From the NCBI GenBank assembly GCA_964016885.1, contig OZ024743.1:188356001-188420000 (forward strand): a DNA stretch of 64,000 bases, in the 5' to 3' direction. Within the stretch, counting starts at the first letter, position 1, and each line of letters starts with the position of its first letter. Source of the DNA: Eledone cirrhosa. Its lineage: Eukaryota. The position numbers were made by a program, and so were the translations under genes. Of the stretch, positions 14,630 to 28,632 are shown piece by piece. Under the pieces are notes generated by a model that saw only the letters and a program-made list of their open reading frames with translations, searched no databases and was not told the origin of the DNA.

Positions 14630-14825
14630 CTCATCTCATCATCTCATCTGTCCCATAGTCTGGTAGACTGTTGGGTTACCACAGATGCCCTGGCAACCAG
14701 CTCCTTCCATTCCTCTCTGCCTTCCTCATAGTTGCACCCATCTTCATGTCTGTCCATTCTTGGATATTGTCCTCCCGTCTCTTTTACTGCCTGCCTCTCT
14801 TCCTCCCTCCTTATACTGTACCACC
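14630..14825 (-). mobile_element. RTE-like LINE 3' end
   Basis: (GATGA)n-like tail on the minus strand; upstream reads as a GRRGSRQ*KRREDNIQEWT-like RTE C-terminus. Confidence 0.6.
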
Positions 14826-15569
14826 TATTATATCTCCACTTTCAAATTAGTTATATTATCATATTAGATAAGCCATCCTGACACGAGAATTTTTCTTGTC
14901 ATAGGCAAATCATCATATGATTTATAGTTTAGAAATAGGGTACAACTATTTAATACATATTCTATGTTTTCAGAAATATTCATGGCCCCAGGCTATTGGC
15001 CAGTGTATATTTTCAGATTAAATGCTGATAAGCAAATGACAGATCAGAGTCCCTGCATAAGATGCCAGTCAATTTTATGTATATGAATAGAATATCTATC
15101 AGTTCTGATAATCAGTGTGCCAGTGGTTTGACTATCAAAACAGCCTTATAAAATTAATGTGCAAGTAGTTCAGTATTCTATAGACATGTGTTGTGTTAAT
15201 GGAATTCTGAGGGAAATTCAACATGATACCATGTGTGACAAGGCTGACCTTTTGAAATACAAGTCCAAGTAATTTTCATTAGTTGAGTGGGCTGGGGTAA
15301 CATGAAATAAAGTGGCATGTTCGAGGACACAATGTGCTGGTAGGTTTCAAACTCACAACCTCATGATCATGCACTGAATACATTAACCTCAAGGCCAAAT
15401 GTCTTCATCCAGTCAATTGCATCTAATTACTTAATATATCAAGGATATAGATTTGGTGTTAGTTAGCATTGTTAATCTCTAATTAAAATAAAAGCAAGCA
15501 AACTGAGCAGATAATCGAGATATACAAAAGCAAAAAGTGAGTCATTTTCTATAATGCTTCAATGGCAGG

Positions 15570-15930
15570 AGATTGACTGTAGAGCATTGGAAAACATGCT
15601 TTGCAACATATAATTAAGTTCCTATACACTCTGAGTTCAAATCCTGTCAAGGTTAATTTTGCCGTTTCTCCTTACGGGGTTGATAAAATAAAGTACCAGT
15701 AATGAACTGGTTTGATTTAATTGACTTTCCTCTCCCGATTGTTGGCATTGGGCCTAAATCATTTTCTATTTGTTAAGGCCCTCTATATTCTGAGTTCAAA
15801 TCACACCAAGGTTAATTTTGCCTTTTATCCTCAAAGGATCAAGAAAATAAAGTACCAGTAAAGTAATGGTGTCAATATAATTGACTTTCTTCAAACACAA
15901 ATTCCTGGCTTTGTGCCTAAATTAGAAATT
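15570..15930 (+). mobile_element. Two adjacent diverged Nin-like SINEs
   Basis: ctgagttcaaatc...aaggttaattttgcc...aaaataaagtaccagtaa occurs twice. Confidence 0.75.
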
Positions 15931-16012
15931 ATTTTGCATAATGATTAAACTTCTGTTTAAAATGTATACAAACTTGAGAATTAAAAATTAAGTTCTATAC
16001 ATTCATTATCAG

Positions 16013-16250
16013 TGGAGGCACATGGCCTAGTGGTAAGGGTGTTGGAATTACGATCATAACATCATGGGTTCAATTCCTGGGTTATGTTTTGTGTTCTTGA
16101 GCAAAACACTTAATTTCATGTTGCTCCATCAATAGCTTGGGTTTAACCCTGCAATTGACTGGGATCCTATCTAGGGGGAGTCTTGTACTCTCAGTTGCTT
16201 TATGGCATGAAACTGGGATAAGCACCAGCCAAATGAGCCTTCTTGCTTGA
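16013..16250 (+). mobile_element. tRNA-derived SINE (Meta-like core)
   Basis: A-box tggcctagtggtaa, B-box ggttcaattcc, then gtgttcttgagcaaaacactt. Reverse-orientation relatives lie near 7300-7400, 15200-15400 and 56580-56660. Confidence 0.75.
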
Positions 16251-19189
16251 GACAGACTTTTAGACATTCATTATCCTCTATCACCTACAGCTTGTATAAT
16301 GCTAGATGTGCCAATATATCACATTCCATCTTTAGGGCTCAAAGTTCACCAGCAGTCATAGCGCTACTGTGTTGTTCATGGTCTTGGAAGAACAACCATA
16401 GTTCATCTTCTAATGAGCTGGTCCCATATGATGAACTGTGTGACAGGCAACTCTGGATATTTCAGTCTCATAAGCTGCACCCATCTACTTTATGCTATTT
16501 TGTTGCAATATATCAGTTTAATTCACTGAAAAAATCTAGTATCTTATGTTCAGATTCACATATCTGATACTCATCTATGACTTTGCAGCATAAAATGCTT
16601 TAAAAATAAATCCTACTCATAATAGGATGTCAATATATTTAAGATAACTTTCCATGAAGGAATCTGAACTCTGCATTATAAATTCATTTTCACAAAACAC
16701 CTATAGCTGGATGCAACTAAATATACTGGGCATTTTAGAGCATTGTGTCTGGGGTTTAAAGACATAACAGTGGTGGAGATTAAACATGAATTTTTATACG
16801 GTTATTTATTACTCTCTTCCTTCAGTAAATTCTCTTTTTAACAACCAAGCAAAGTTGAAAGATATATCCTCTACACAGATTATGACAAAACAACATTCAG
16901 TAAGATATGAGATAGGAAGTCACAACAGCTGCCATTTCATTTCTGAGAATTACATGCCATAGAATATTATCAATTATCTAGTCTAGTCAAATAAAAATCA
17001 ACTATCTTCAGAAATCAATCTTCAAAATTAGTAATAGTAAATTTATTAACAGCTATTTAATCCAATAATGTGTTTGGACACTCTCTGAAATATGAATCAT
17101 TTGAACTGTCCCATGCTACAATAATTAGATAGAAACTCCTGATTGAACAAATGACCAGGTGACTTGGTTGATATTCCCATTATCACTGCCCTTTACTAAC
17201 ATTTCCATTCTCCTGTTCAACACCACCATCATAATTTTCTTTGTGCATAAGAAGTAATATGATCCTTTCAAAGACATGTAAACAGACATAAAACTGAATT
17301 GCTGAAGGCAATTTTTCAAGTTATTGAACTGACAGAAAATTTTAGAATGACAAGGTGGGTAATTCATTTGGTCATATGTCAGTTTGTGTGGTGAAGAGGG
17401 TAAAGTAGAATGGTCATATTAATTGTTATTAATCCCTTGTTATTGATTGGTAACTTCATTTCTGTTCAAGTTTGACCATTTTAATAAAAGACATTAAAAG
17501 AGTGAAAATCTTTCATCTATTGTTTTAAAATATTAAATAGCAGAGAAAAATATTGCTTTTATTATTCACCATATTAATGGGAGGAACAGAGGCCAAGAAA
17601 CAGGGCAAAGAGAAATAAAAGAGATAAATGAAATATGGAACTGTAGAAAGTGTGTCAGTATGTGTGTATTGTTATATGAGAGAGGGAGAGAAAGAAAGGA
17701 AAAAAAAACTGCAAGAAACTACCAAAACCAGTATAAAACAAAAACAAATGAGAAAGAAAAACTTAAGAACATGGCTAGTATTTTAATGGAATGATAGTAG
17801 TATTTGGCAGCAGACAAAACAGAGGAAAATATAAAAATAAAAGTAATGTTAATCACAGAAAAAAAAATAAAATAGGAGATGAATTAAGAGAAAAATCTAA
17901 GAAAATGGTGAAGATGTTTTAATATTGGTTCTAGCCAAGATAAGGAAGAATAATACGATTAAGTTTAAATGAACAGACAATAATACATTAATAGATGTTC
18001 AATATAAATAAATGATGCTTGTGGTTCAATTTATAGTTAAAAAGGAAAATAAATACAAATTTTGTTTTCTTGTTAAACACTAACAAGTAATGGAAATTGC
18101 ATTCATGTTTAAGGAAACTAAGAAAAACAACTTTTTATTATTTCTTCTGTTATATGAAATCTTTGGAAGCTTTTTCACATTAACTGCAAATTTATTTTAT
18201 CCTTTCCTCCACGCACTTGTTGAAACTACTTTTCTTCTCTTCTTCAGGGTATTGTTGTTGTTGTAACAGCGTGAGGACAGGCTATGTTTTATAGAGTATT
18301 AGGCAACTTGTTGACAGATCAGCAATTTAGATCTTTGTATGCAAACTGTGCTATTGCCATGAATTAGAATCTTCAGAGTTCATTCCACTGAGTGAACATC
18401 TTTCATTTTTTCATTGAATGTATTTATTTCTTCCCTACATCCTCTTGTTTGGCAGATTATTTCTGAATAGATGCCCTTTCTATAATCAATCATTTGACAG
18501 GGTGTATTGGGTGCATTTATCATGTAACTTACCAGCACTAGGGAGGTTGTCATGTCTTTGATACAGCTGAAGAGCCCTCCCAACTCTAAAGGGCAGAAGA
18601 GTGATGACTGATGTGTGAAGATTTTAAGGGAGGGGGATGATCTGAAGTAGAGTGATGAACCTGAACAGAGACCAGAAGAACTGTTCAGCTGTGCCAGAGA
18701 CATGAGAACCTCTCAAGTTCTGGTGCCAAGATAAAATGCAATAGAGCAAGGAAATGTGTTTTTATTTATTTTTTGTAAGTGGAATGCAAACTCCCAACCT
18801 TCCTAAGCATTCAGTACAATGAGAGAACAGAAGTGAGTAAAACAATCCCACTTCTGTCCAACTGAGAAGTGAGTTGCTCTGCTTGAGTACTGATTTGGTC
18901 TGCAATGATCCATCCAACTCTTTCTACCAGGGAAAATGGGTGTTAAATGATGATGATGATGATGATGATGATATATGTTACCATTACCATCATCATTTAA
19001 TGTCCATTTTTTCTTTGGTGTAAGAGATAGAGCAGGCAACATCTGGCTGAACACTGAGGAATTACATTCATCTTTCCATGCTGGGACAGGATGTACAAAA
19101 TGGGTGAATCATTGCTGCCTAAATATCTTTCTTTTGTAACTACAATCAGAATCTGGGTTGGAATCTAATAGTCAGACTCTTTTATATAA

Positions 19190-19490
19190 CATTGGTCAAC
19201 ACACCATTTGCTGACTTAGGTTTTGCTCGTTTTAGCTAATTTTGAGGTGCTGCTTCAAATATGGCATCCATTGTCTCCAAACACATCAGGTTTTCATGTT
19301 TGTCTTTTGCTCGGATATCCCATAAACACAGAAAAAACACATATCTTGTATACCCTCCTTGTTGACTAAGTGAAAACTTGACGTCATAGAAAAAGGTATT
19401 GCCATTTTTAAACTCAGCAGTTCCAAATTACTCAAGAACAGGTCTCAAATTTAAGTCAGCAGTAAAAAAGCAAAATTTTGTTGACCAGTG
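19190..19490. mobile_element. Non-autonomous Chapaev3-like DNA transposon (301 bp)
   Basis: Termini cattggtcaaca...tgttgaccagtg flanked by TAA on both sides. CAC..GTG-type ends with a TWA target duplication are characteristic of Chapaev3. Confidence 0.75.
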
Positions 19491-20559
19491 TAATCAGTGC
19501 CTCATTTTATATGATACTCAGTACTTGTGAAGCTTCTGGTTCTGTCTCTAGGACCACAGATACATTTGAACTCAAAATATCTAGCTTAAAAATGTTCATT
19601 GATTATAAAGTACTAAAACCTCTTAAAAGAGTGATATATATCTTAACATGGGACCTAATTGTGATGGATTGAATTAAGAAATGTCAATTGTCATGGTCAT
19701 AGTGACTATGCATTACAGCTGACAAGATGCAAACAATACTTCCCTTGGATTATTAGACTAATCTAATACATTATTTGTTTGACCATCTGTAACTATACAT
19801 GTAAGTAATGAATATTTTTTTAAGGTTTAATAAGAAATAATTCTATCATTCTTTAGTAATTCTATTTTCCTGTTTTTATTTTAATATTATCTCAATTAAA
19901 ATGTTGTTGCTTGATTGTAATGAAGCAAATAATTATTTTTCACACACATGAAAAGTAAAATAAAATAAAAGTTAAAAACTCCTCAGAGATCAATTACTTT
20001 AGAAAATTGCTCTTGGTTATTGATTTCATTTGAAATTAGTTATGCTTTATACTACTCTGCTGTAGCATGAACATTTTATCATTTCCATAATATGAATACA
20101 TTTATTAATAATACTATACTAATTATGCTTACAAGATCTCAAGAAGAGGGAAGGGTACATTTGACTATACTGAACCTAATATTTATTTGGTATATTATTT
20201 TATCAGCCCTGTAGGATTAAAAGCAAAGTTGACTTTGGCAGGATTTGAAATCAGAACACAATGAGACATATTAAAGGAATTTTATACAACATTGTATCAT
20301 TTCTGCTAATTTACTTCGCTGATAATTTCAACAATAAAATTAATCATTTCTGATATAAGCACAATGCTAGAAATTTTAGGGAAAGGGAAAAGTTGATTAT
20401 ATTATGTATAGTACTTAACTGGTATTTAAACTACTTTGGTTAGAATAAACTCATCAATTTTGTGTAAAATCTTTCAAATCTGCCTGATACTGTGTATCAA
20501 GGAAAGTGTGTCTGTGAAACATATACATATACAACTCCCACTGTCACTGTCTCTATCTC

Positions 20560-20900
20560 TCCCTCTCTTCCCATCTCTCACTATTATGAGCAAATCGGGG
20601 CCCAGGTGCTTGCTACCTCGTAGCCCCAGCAGACAAGATAGGGAAGGCATTTCCCTGGAGGAATGTGAGACAGAGAGACATGCTGGAAGGGGCATTCCAG
20701 ATTGCAAGGTTCACACCTGTTGTGGGTAGCTAACTCTGTGCTGATGGCAGTGAGTAGGGAGGTGGTCCTAAAGCTAAGGACACCAGAAGTCTCCAATGCT
20801 AGGGGGTCGACTGCAAACCTGTTGGAGAGTGACCAATATTTGAAGAGTTTACCCTCCTCAGCCCGAAGTGCAGCAAAGCCTAGGTTAGTTATGGATCCCA
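20560..20900 (-). mobile_element. CRE-like non-LTR retrotransposon 3' fragment (REL C-terminus)
   Basis: AALRAEEGKLFKY...PLALETSGVL...QHVSLS matches the AAxxAExxKxxKY...PxAxETxG...QRISLA pattern. Confidence 0.75.
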
Positions 20901-21844
20901 GAATGATGAACGTATTGGAACTCAGAACATAATGGGCCAGAGCTAATACCACAATATGTTTAATCTGATGTTCTAAACATTCTCTCATATATTAAGAGGA
21001 AATATAGGTTCCTATCCCATTTGGTGATTCTATTTCTTTTCTTTGTGTTTATATCTAGTTTCTCAATCAACCAGTCATCTCTGAATAATACCAGCACTGT
21101 AATTATTTCAGGGCTTTCTTATTCTATGATTGAAACATTTCAGCCACTTCCTCCCTATCACCTCAGTAATACTCTATATCATATGAAGTGCTTCTACACA
21201 TAATTTCAAATGGTATTTCTAGTGTAGAGTGTAAACACAAAATTTAAAAAGATTCTTATCTCTGCCTACCTTCAGATGTTAGTTAGTTCATGTGTGTTGT
21301 ATAGTCATGTGTTTTCATCTTCTAAACATTGTAGATACTAGTAAGATCTTCTTCAGAACCATATATAAACAATTATTCTATAATTGCATACATGTATATA
21401 CATACATACCCATGTATGTGTTTAGATATATCATCATCATCATCAAACATGTATTTCTGATGTTTGCATAGGTTAGACATGTTGTCAAATATTGAGACTA
21501 GACTGGTCAAGTGACTATGTCTTGTTCTCTGCTCTGCTTTTTGGCTGGGTGCCATTATAAAACATGCCCAGTACACTCTATAGAATGCACGAATGTATAT
21601 GAGGGAGATGTAGCCTACGACACATCTGAGAGATCAGTGGCTTCAATTAAGTACTGAACTGATCTGTGACAACCTACTTAACCCTTGCTAGAAGGTACAA
21701 TAGACATTATGTACTGACAGGATGTTGAAAATCAGTTTAAATATTGACATTCATAATGTTAATTGCTTTCATTTAGTGAAAATAAATAATTTGTTTTAAA
21801 TTTATTAAATTGAAGAATGTTGCCAAAATGTATATTTAGATCAC

Positions 21845-21995
21845 ACACGGAGGTGGTGAGAGCAGACCTCAGATTGCTGACGCTCACAAAGGAGATAACA
21901 AAGGACTGTGACAAGTGGAGAGATGCTGTGCTGAATAGGACCCATTCCACCCTTGCAAGCAGGGAAGAGCGGACGTAAAATGATGATGATGATTT
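21845..21995 (+). mobile_element. RTE LINE 3' end
   Basis: DLRLLTLTKEITKDCDKWRDAV-like C-terminus followed by gcggacgtaaaa(TGA)n tail. Confidence 0.75.
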
Positions 21996-22339
21996 AAAAC
22001 TAAAGCAATATGTTAAAAAGAAGAAAGTTGCCAAAAATAATTTATTTGAAAATTAAAACAATTATTTTAAAATGAAACTGTAAATTGTGAGACTTAAGAA
22101 AACATAGTGCTGCTCAAATTAAATGCTGGAAGTATATTTTTCATATCCTTCTAATCTTTTATTGGATTCAGTTACTAGACTGCACCTGTGCTGGAGTATC
22201 ATTTCGTGTTAGTTGCTCATATTGACACCAGAACCTATTTCTTTTCAAACCTGATACTTATTGAACCGCAAGGGACACAAACCCAAGCATAAAAATAGAC
22301 ACAGACATACACAGACATGGGCATATTGTGTATGTATGT

Positions 22340-22508
22340 ATTTATATTTTAGTTATTACCATAACAGAATTCTGATGAGCTTTTGATTCCAGAGTCAGGC
22401 GAGATTGATATAGATCGAGCCTCAAGCTGATCAATCATGAAATGCGCGTCACACCTCAATAAATGAAATAAGGATCTAACACCTTGTCATTTTTATTATT
22501 ATTATTAC
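22340..22508 (+). mobile_element. pLTR-like fragment with hammerhead-like core
   Basis: CTGATGAG (22372) ... GAAA-T-GCGC-G-TC (~22440-22450), then AATAAA and a (TA)n tract. Stem I is not evident. Confidence 0.5.
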
Positions 22509-22547
22509 TATATATATATATATATATACGTGTATGTGTATATACAG

Positions 22548-22579
<32 letters not shown>

Positions 22580-22595
22580 GTGTGTGTATATATAT

Positions 22596-22632
<37 letters not shown>

Positions 22633-23652
22633 TAATAATAATATTAATACTGAAGCGAAGCTGTCGAATAGGATTGATACACCTTCAGTCATTTTTCCCG
22701 CTCACTCAATAATTTAATTAAGTCAGTATCATTAAGACACCAACCGAAGGAAATTAGAATGGACACACATGTTAAATAGTGAGAAAATGATTTTGTGTCG
22801 GTAGAAAATTTGATTTTCCAACCTTGGACCAATGCATTAGTTTTTGTGACTCCATCTGCTTGCGGCAATCAAAATGGAACTATCATGCACAGTAATTAAG
22901 TAATGCTATTAAGCATTATGTAATTAGTTAAGAGTCATCAGCAGGGAATTAGCCCCTCTGAAACAGGTTGGCTTTCAACACACTACTCCGATGTACCTCA
23001 GCCATTGCAGTGGTAAACTCGACCTTCAGTGTAATATGACATGACACCAAAGTAGAACGTAAGCTAGTTCTAACTATTCACAAAAGACACATTGGCATGT
23101 ATTTAAATTGAAAAAAAATGAAAACGGGCCATGAAGCACTCAACTTAAAGGTAACATTTATATTTCTGAAACAAAACCACACCAATTATAAAGATGCATT
23201 TTGAGAAAATGTTTCATCTCAATGCCATTTTTTTAGTTTCTAAACTTATAGTTTACATTGTTAAGAAACACAATATATATTTCCTTACTTTCTAATTATA
23301 AAAAAAAATTATCACATCTGGTCATAGTGTTAAATCATCTGTTGCATAATAGTACTTCTTATTTGCCATGCACTGGACAATAATAAATTTGTGTGTGGCA
23401 ATGTATCAAAGGTAGATAGATCATACAATTGTTAATTACAGAAAATGTGTTATGCATTACTTAACATTTTTAACTGCTTTTAAAGAAGGCACAGATGTGA
23501 TAGATGCAAATATTTATGAGGAGCCTTTTGAATAAAATTTCTAATCTGATGCCTTTTTTATTCTCTGGAGGTATGGTCAATATTGGGCCTTGAAACCTTG
23601 AGAAAAGTTTTTGTTCCATGTATGAACATAAACAAATAATATAATATATATA

Positions 23653-23935
23653 TCATCCTCATTTTACGTCTGCTTTTTCTTGCTTGCAAGGGTGGGACGG
23701 ATCCTTTTCAGCACAGCAGCTTTCCATTCATCATGGTCCTTTGTCATTTCCTCTGTGAGCTTCAGCTATCTGAGGTCAGCCGTCTCATATCCTCCACAGT
23801 TCCTGCCCCTGTCTCACTACAATGTAGCATCGTGCATCTCACACAGGCATCATATGACCGGCCTTTCTTTCATAGGGAGAAACCCTTCATTATCAACAGA
23901 GGAAGCAGCTCCCTAAACTTCTTCCATCCCATGTC
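23653..23935 (-). mobile_element. RTE LINE 3' fragment, internally deleted
   Basis: Reverse complement of the 21845-21995 type end plus upstream RT-region remnants. Confidence 0.7.
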
Positions 23936-24000
23936 TGCATGAAGGAGATTAAGAATTTATTTGCTTTTTCACACACACACATATATATATATATACATAT

Positions 24001-24203
24001 ATAGGAACAAGTAGGACACCGACGGCTGAGCTCAAGCCATTTCGACGGCTAATTCTGGACTTGATTTTAGTCCAGAATTAGCCGTCGAAACGGCTTGAGC
24101 TCAGCCATCGGGGTCCTACTTGTTCCTATTACCCACTCTACTACCCTAAGTATTGAGTACTTTGGTGGGTCCATCTGGTTCCTTACCACATTTCCTTCGT
24201 TAT
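24001..24203 (+). mobile_element. Family F1 foldback insertion (3' half of a hammerhead plus tail)
   Basis: ~60-bp inverted arm (24001-24061) pairs with 24068-24129, followed by tail tacccactctactaccctaagtattgagtac...cttcgtta; TA runs on both sides. Confidence 0.85.
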
Positions 24204-24994
24204 ATACATATATATCTATATATCTATATAGATATATATATATACAATTATCAATGTGTGCATTGATTAATGCTTCTTATTTTACAATAGAAACACTTAA
24301 TACTTTAAGTAAATTATTAAATTTGAAATGTTAGCATTGATGATAATTATTTCAATTTTGTGAAGCTAAACTGTAATTTAAAAAGAAAAGAAAAACAAAT
24401 TTGTAATAATACTAAGCCCTTTTCTGATTTTTGCATGTATCATTTTATTGATTTGTTGGCATTTTTAAACCTAGGGTACTTTAAATTTGTAGAAATATAT
24501 TAGAGATAAATTAGGTAATACTATTTATTTGGTTAGAATTTCTTCTCACATATAAGAATTAGTAGAAATTAAAGACTCACAATGAGAAACAGGATATTGA
24601 GATTTGAAATTCTGATTCGCTCTCTGAATTTGTAGGCTTTGTGAAATGGTGAGGGCATAGTCAGAGAAAAGGACATGAAACTATATGTATGTGAGTGTGT
24701 GTGTGTATGTTGTACACCTGTCTATTTGATTATATATTTATTTAATCAAATATATTTATTTGACAAACTAGAAGAGGTGCCTAATAACCCTTACGATTAA
24801 GAAACAAAAGTATGAGAGAAGAAGAGAGAGTGAGTAAGAAAAATGAAAAAATGAAAAAAAAGAGAAGGTAAACAAGGCAAATGAAACAAAAATAAGGAAA
24901 AGTGTGAAAAACAAAGACTGCTATAAAGCAGCTAAACGGTTCTATTGTTGAATCTATATAACTATATGCATATATATCTATCTCTATGCTTATG

Positions 24995-25059
<65 letters not shown>

Positions 25060-26640
25060 TGTGTGTAGTCATGAAACATAAATCTCTCTTTTGTGTAGGC
25101 CTGAGTAAAGAATAATGTTTATTGGTATTATGTTTAAGTCATTCAATTTAGAGAAAATATAATAGATGTGTCTAGATAAATAAGATGCGATATTGAGGCA
25201 AATACTCAACTAATCAGTGATAAATAATGGAATACCAGGTCGTTAAGATGACTTTTGTTATAAAGTATTATATCAAAAGAGGTCTTGAAGAATTTTATTG
25301 TTATAAAAGTTTAACTTACAAATTAAACCAGAATATAAAGACTCTTCACCATAATTCTCCTCCCTGCATAACATCTATTTTACATTCTTGCAGGAGTTAG
25401 ATTGGCTGTCATGTTATGAGATTAGATAGGCCAGGTGATTGTGTCTTGCTCATACACTCATTCTTTTGCTTGTTATTTTTTACAAATGGTTGGATGTACT
25501 TTCTAATGCCAACCATCTTTGTGTGTGTATTGGGAGCTCTTTTTTGTGGTACCAGCACTAACACTTTGCAGGATGAAATAGCTATTTTTTGTTGTGGCTC
25601 CAGCATGACCACTTTACAGGTTTGATGGAGTGATTTGTGTTGTAGCACCTGTGTGATCACCTTATTATCATGGAAGCAGTACCACAACCTTATACGGTGG
25701 ACTGGGTGCTTTTTTTGTCATAGTACCAGTATGAACACCTTATGGCAGTTAATAGTTACTAATAGTATTGAAGAAATGCATGTTGAAAATCTTAGAGTAT
25801 TTAGATTCTAAAGATATAAATCTAGGATATTATTTAAATATAAAAAAAAGAAGAGAATTGCATACAAGTAAGGCCAGAAGTGTGGCAGATGAGCCAGTTG
25901 CCATGGGGCATTACCTGCCTCAAATTTATGCTTTTATATTTTCTTCAGTTAATTCTAAATACATTGTATGCACTATATATATATATATATATATGATATG
26001 GCTGTAAACCATACATTAATCATTAATCATATATACTCATATATACTCAAGACTGATTTCTAAAATACTTACTGAGCCATGAGAAATAAAGCATAGAATT
26101 TGGATCTGATACCACTATTTCATGGGCCTGATTGTAGTTAATTGATATACCTTATGAAGGTTCTTCTAGAAAACAGCATGAATGTCAAACAAATTTACTT
26201 GAATGTATGGAGTTGTATCTAAGCATATTAAATTTAATATTAAAATTATTTATAATATTAAAGAGAGTGGAAGGTGTAGGATAGTGGGGGTAAATAGTAG
26301 ATGTTACTAAATAATAAAAATGATTGCTTTAATGTAAATTAATGTGAGACATATTCTTCATAATTATTGTTTAATGTTTATTTTCAATGATAGCATGGTT
26401 TAGATGGCTTTCATCCATTAGAAGCAAATTGGTTCGAGTGACTGTGTCTCGCTCATATAGGACTGTTTCTGGCTGGATGCCCTTCCTAAAGCCAACCACA
26501 TTTAGAGTCTGTGCTAGGTGCTTTTTGCCATGTCTCCTACATGAACACTTTACAGTATAGTCTGGGTGCTTTTTGTCGTGACACCTACACGAACACTTTA
26601 CAGTGTGGGCTGGAAACTTTGTGGTACCAACATAATGTAT

Positions 26641-27819
26641 ATAATATAAAACGAAAAATCAGTGATGCATCTGAACTCAATTTATTGTGATACAATTGTT
26701 TCGCCGGCAGACAGCTCGAGATACGATCATTGTGTGGATCTGTCTGATTCTGGAACTGCAGGGTCGTTGGACACTTCTAATAATTTTGAATCAAATTTTC
26801 TCACTGGGGTGTTAGCGTCAAAAAACATTCTCTTCGCTCGTCCTGCTATTGGCTGTTGTTTTTCTACGTCATCATAAATTTTGACCAATAGGTACTGTTA
26901 CACTGACCATCAGCTGTCATTCTTCCTGCCATACTTCAATGAATCCCTGCTAGGTTTGGTAGTTCACACGTCCACGCGCGCACTCACACATACATTTATA
27001 TATATATACACACACTCAAACAATCATATAAATAACAACATCCGCACGCATATACTCCCGCTATACATACGCACCCAAAGAGAACCCGTACAACTATAGA
27101 CATACGCGTATATCTATATATGTGTGTGCGTGTGCATGTCTATGTATATGTCTGTACGTGTTTGTGTATACGAGTAGATATACGCGTATGCATGTGTGTG
27201 CACCTGTGTGTGTGTGTGTGTGTGTGAGGTGATGTACGTGGGTATGTAGGCAGGCCTCTGTAGACGCGTATGTCTATAGTTTTACGAGTTCTCTTTGGGT
27301 GCGTATGTATAGCAGGGAGTATATGCGTGCGGATGTTGTTATTTATATGATTGTGTGAGTGTGTGTGTGAGTGTGTATATATATATATAAATGTATGTGT
27401 GAGTGCGCGCGTGGACGTGTGAACTACCAAACCCAGCAGGGATTCATTGAAGTATGGCAGGAAGAATGACAGCTGATGGTCAGTGTGACAGTACCTATTG
27501 GTCAAAATTTATGATGACGTAGAAAACAACAGCCAATAGCAGGACGAGCGAAGAGAATGTTCTTTGACGCTAACACCCCAGTGAGAAAATTTGATTCGAA
27601 ATTATTAGAAGTGTCCAACGAACCTGCAGATCCAGAATCAGACAGATCCACACAATGATCGTGTCTCGAGCTGTCTGCCGGCGAAACAATTGTATCACAA
27701 TAAACTGAGTTCAGCTACATCACTGATTTTTTGTTATATATTATATTACACTGTGCTCTGTAAGAACATAGAGTGCTCAACCGGCATACCGCCTATGGAA
27801 GCATCTTAGCTACCATCAG

Positions 27820-27820
<1 letters not shown>
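26641..27820 (+). mobile_element. Large foldback insertion, probably PLE 3' end with inverted pLTR
   Basis: 26641-27110 is the reverse complement of ~27263-27748; the ORFs at 26881(+) and 27505(-) start identically. A unique tail runs 27750-27820, then (CA)n(TA)n. Contains GAAA-C-AATT-G-TA. Confidence 0.8.
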
Positions 27821-27882
<62 letters not shown>

Positions 27883-27886
<4 letters not shown>

Positions 27887-28293
27887 AAAAGAGTCAGGAC
27901 CCAGCTGAGCTCCAGCCATTTCAACAGCTAGATCCGACAGCTATATATATAGATTATGTTGATACCACAAAACACATCCAGCCCACAAAGTAAAGTGTTC
28001 GTGTAGGTGTCACGACAAGTACCCAGCCTACACTGTAAAGTCGTCATGTAGGAGATATAGCAAAAAGCACCCAGCACACACTGTAAATATGGATAACTTT
28101 AGGAAGGGCATCCAGTGATAGAAACCAGCCAGAAACAGTGCTATATTTAGTTTGGATCTAGCTGTCGAAACAGCCGGAGCTTAGCCGTCAGGGTCCTGAC
28201 TCTTTCCTATTACCCACTCTACTACCCTAATCATTGAGTACTCTGGTGCGTTATGGTCCACCTGGTATCTTACCACTCCCTCTTTGTTGTTTG

Positions 28294-28296
<3 letters not shown>
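27883..28296 (+). mobile_element. Family F1 insertion enclosing an inverted copy of neighbouring DNA
   Basis: Inverted arm 27883-27936, insert 27945-28146, direct arm plus tail 28147-28296. Confidence 0.8.
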
Positions 28297-28325
<29 letters not shown>

Positions 28326-28328
<3 letters not shown>

Positions 28329-28414
28329 GAAAAATTTGAACAGGGACAGAACAGAGAAGCAGTACAATAAATGTTTATTAAATTCACGCTCAGGAGAGTG
28401 GGGTTCGGTGGGGG
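28326..28414 (-). mobile_element. Short pLTR 3'-end fragment
   Basis: Reverse complement of the 31780-31867 terminus; flanked by TA runs. Confidence 0.75.
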
Positions 28415-28632
28415 ATATATATATATTAATTTTACTATTATCATTATTTCCTCATGTGAAAAGGTTTTTTTCCAGTTCTTTCTTTTCATACTCTCACCTA
28501 TTTTTCTATTTATTTTTCTGTTTCTAATTCTATCTTCTGATAAAGGACTAGGTTCTGAAATATTAAGACACTTTCTTACGATATCAAATGATAAACTGGT
28601 ATATATCATGATTTTACTGCATTATTCTTCAG

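Noticed and set aside
16013-16085. tRNA gene
   Set aside because: A and B boxes are present but there is no cloverleaf, and the sequence continues into a SINE body.
26881-27505. Two paralogous small genes beginning MTNRYC
   Set aside because: They are the two arms of one inverted repeat.
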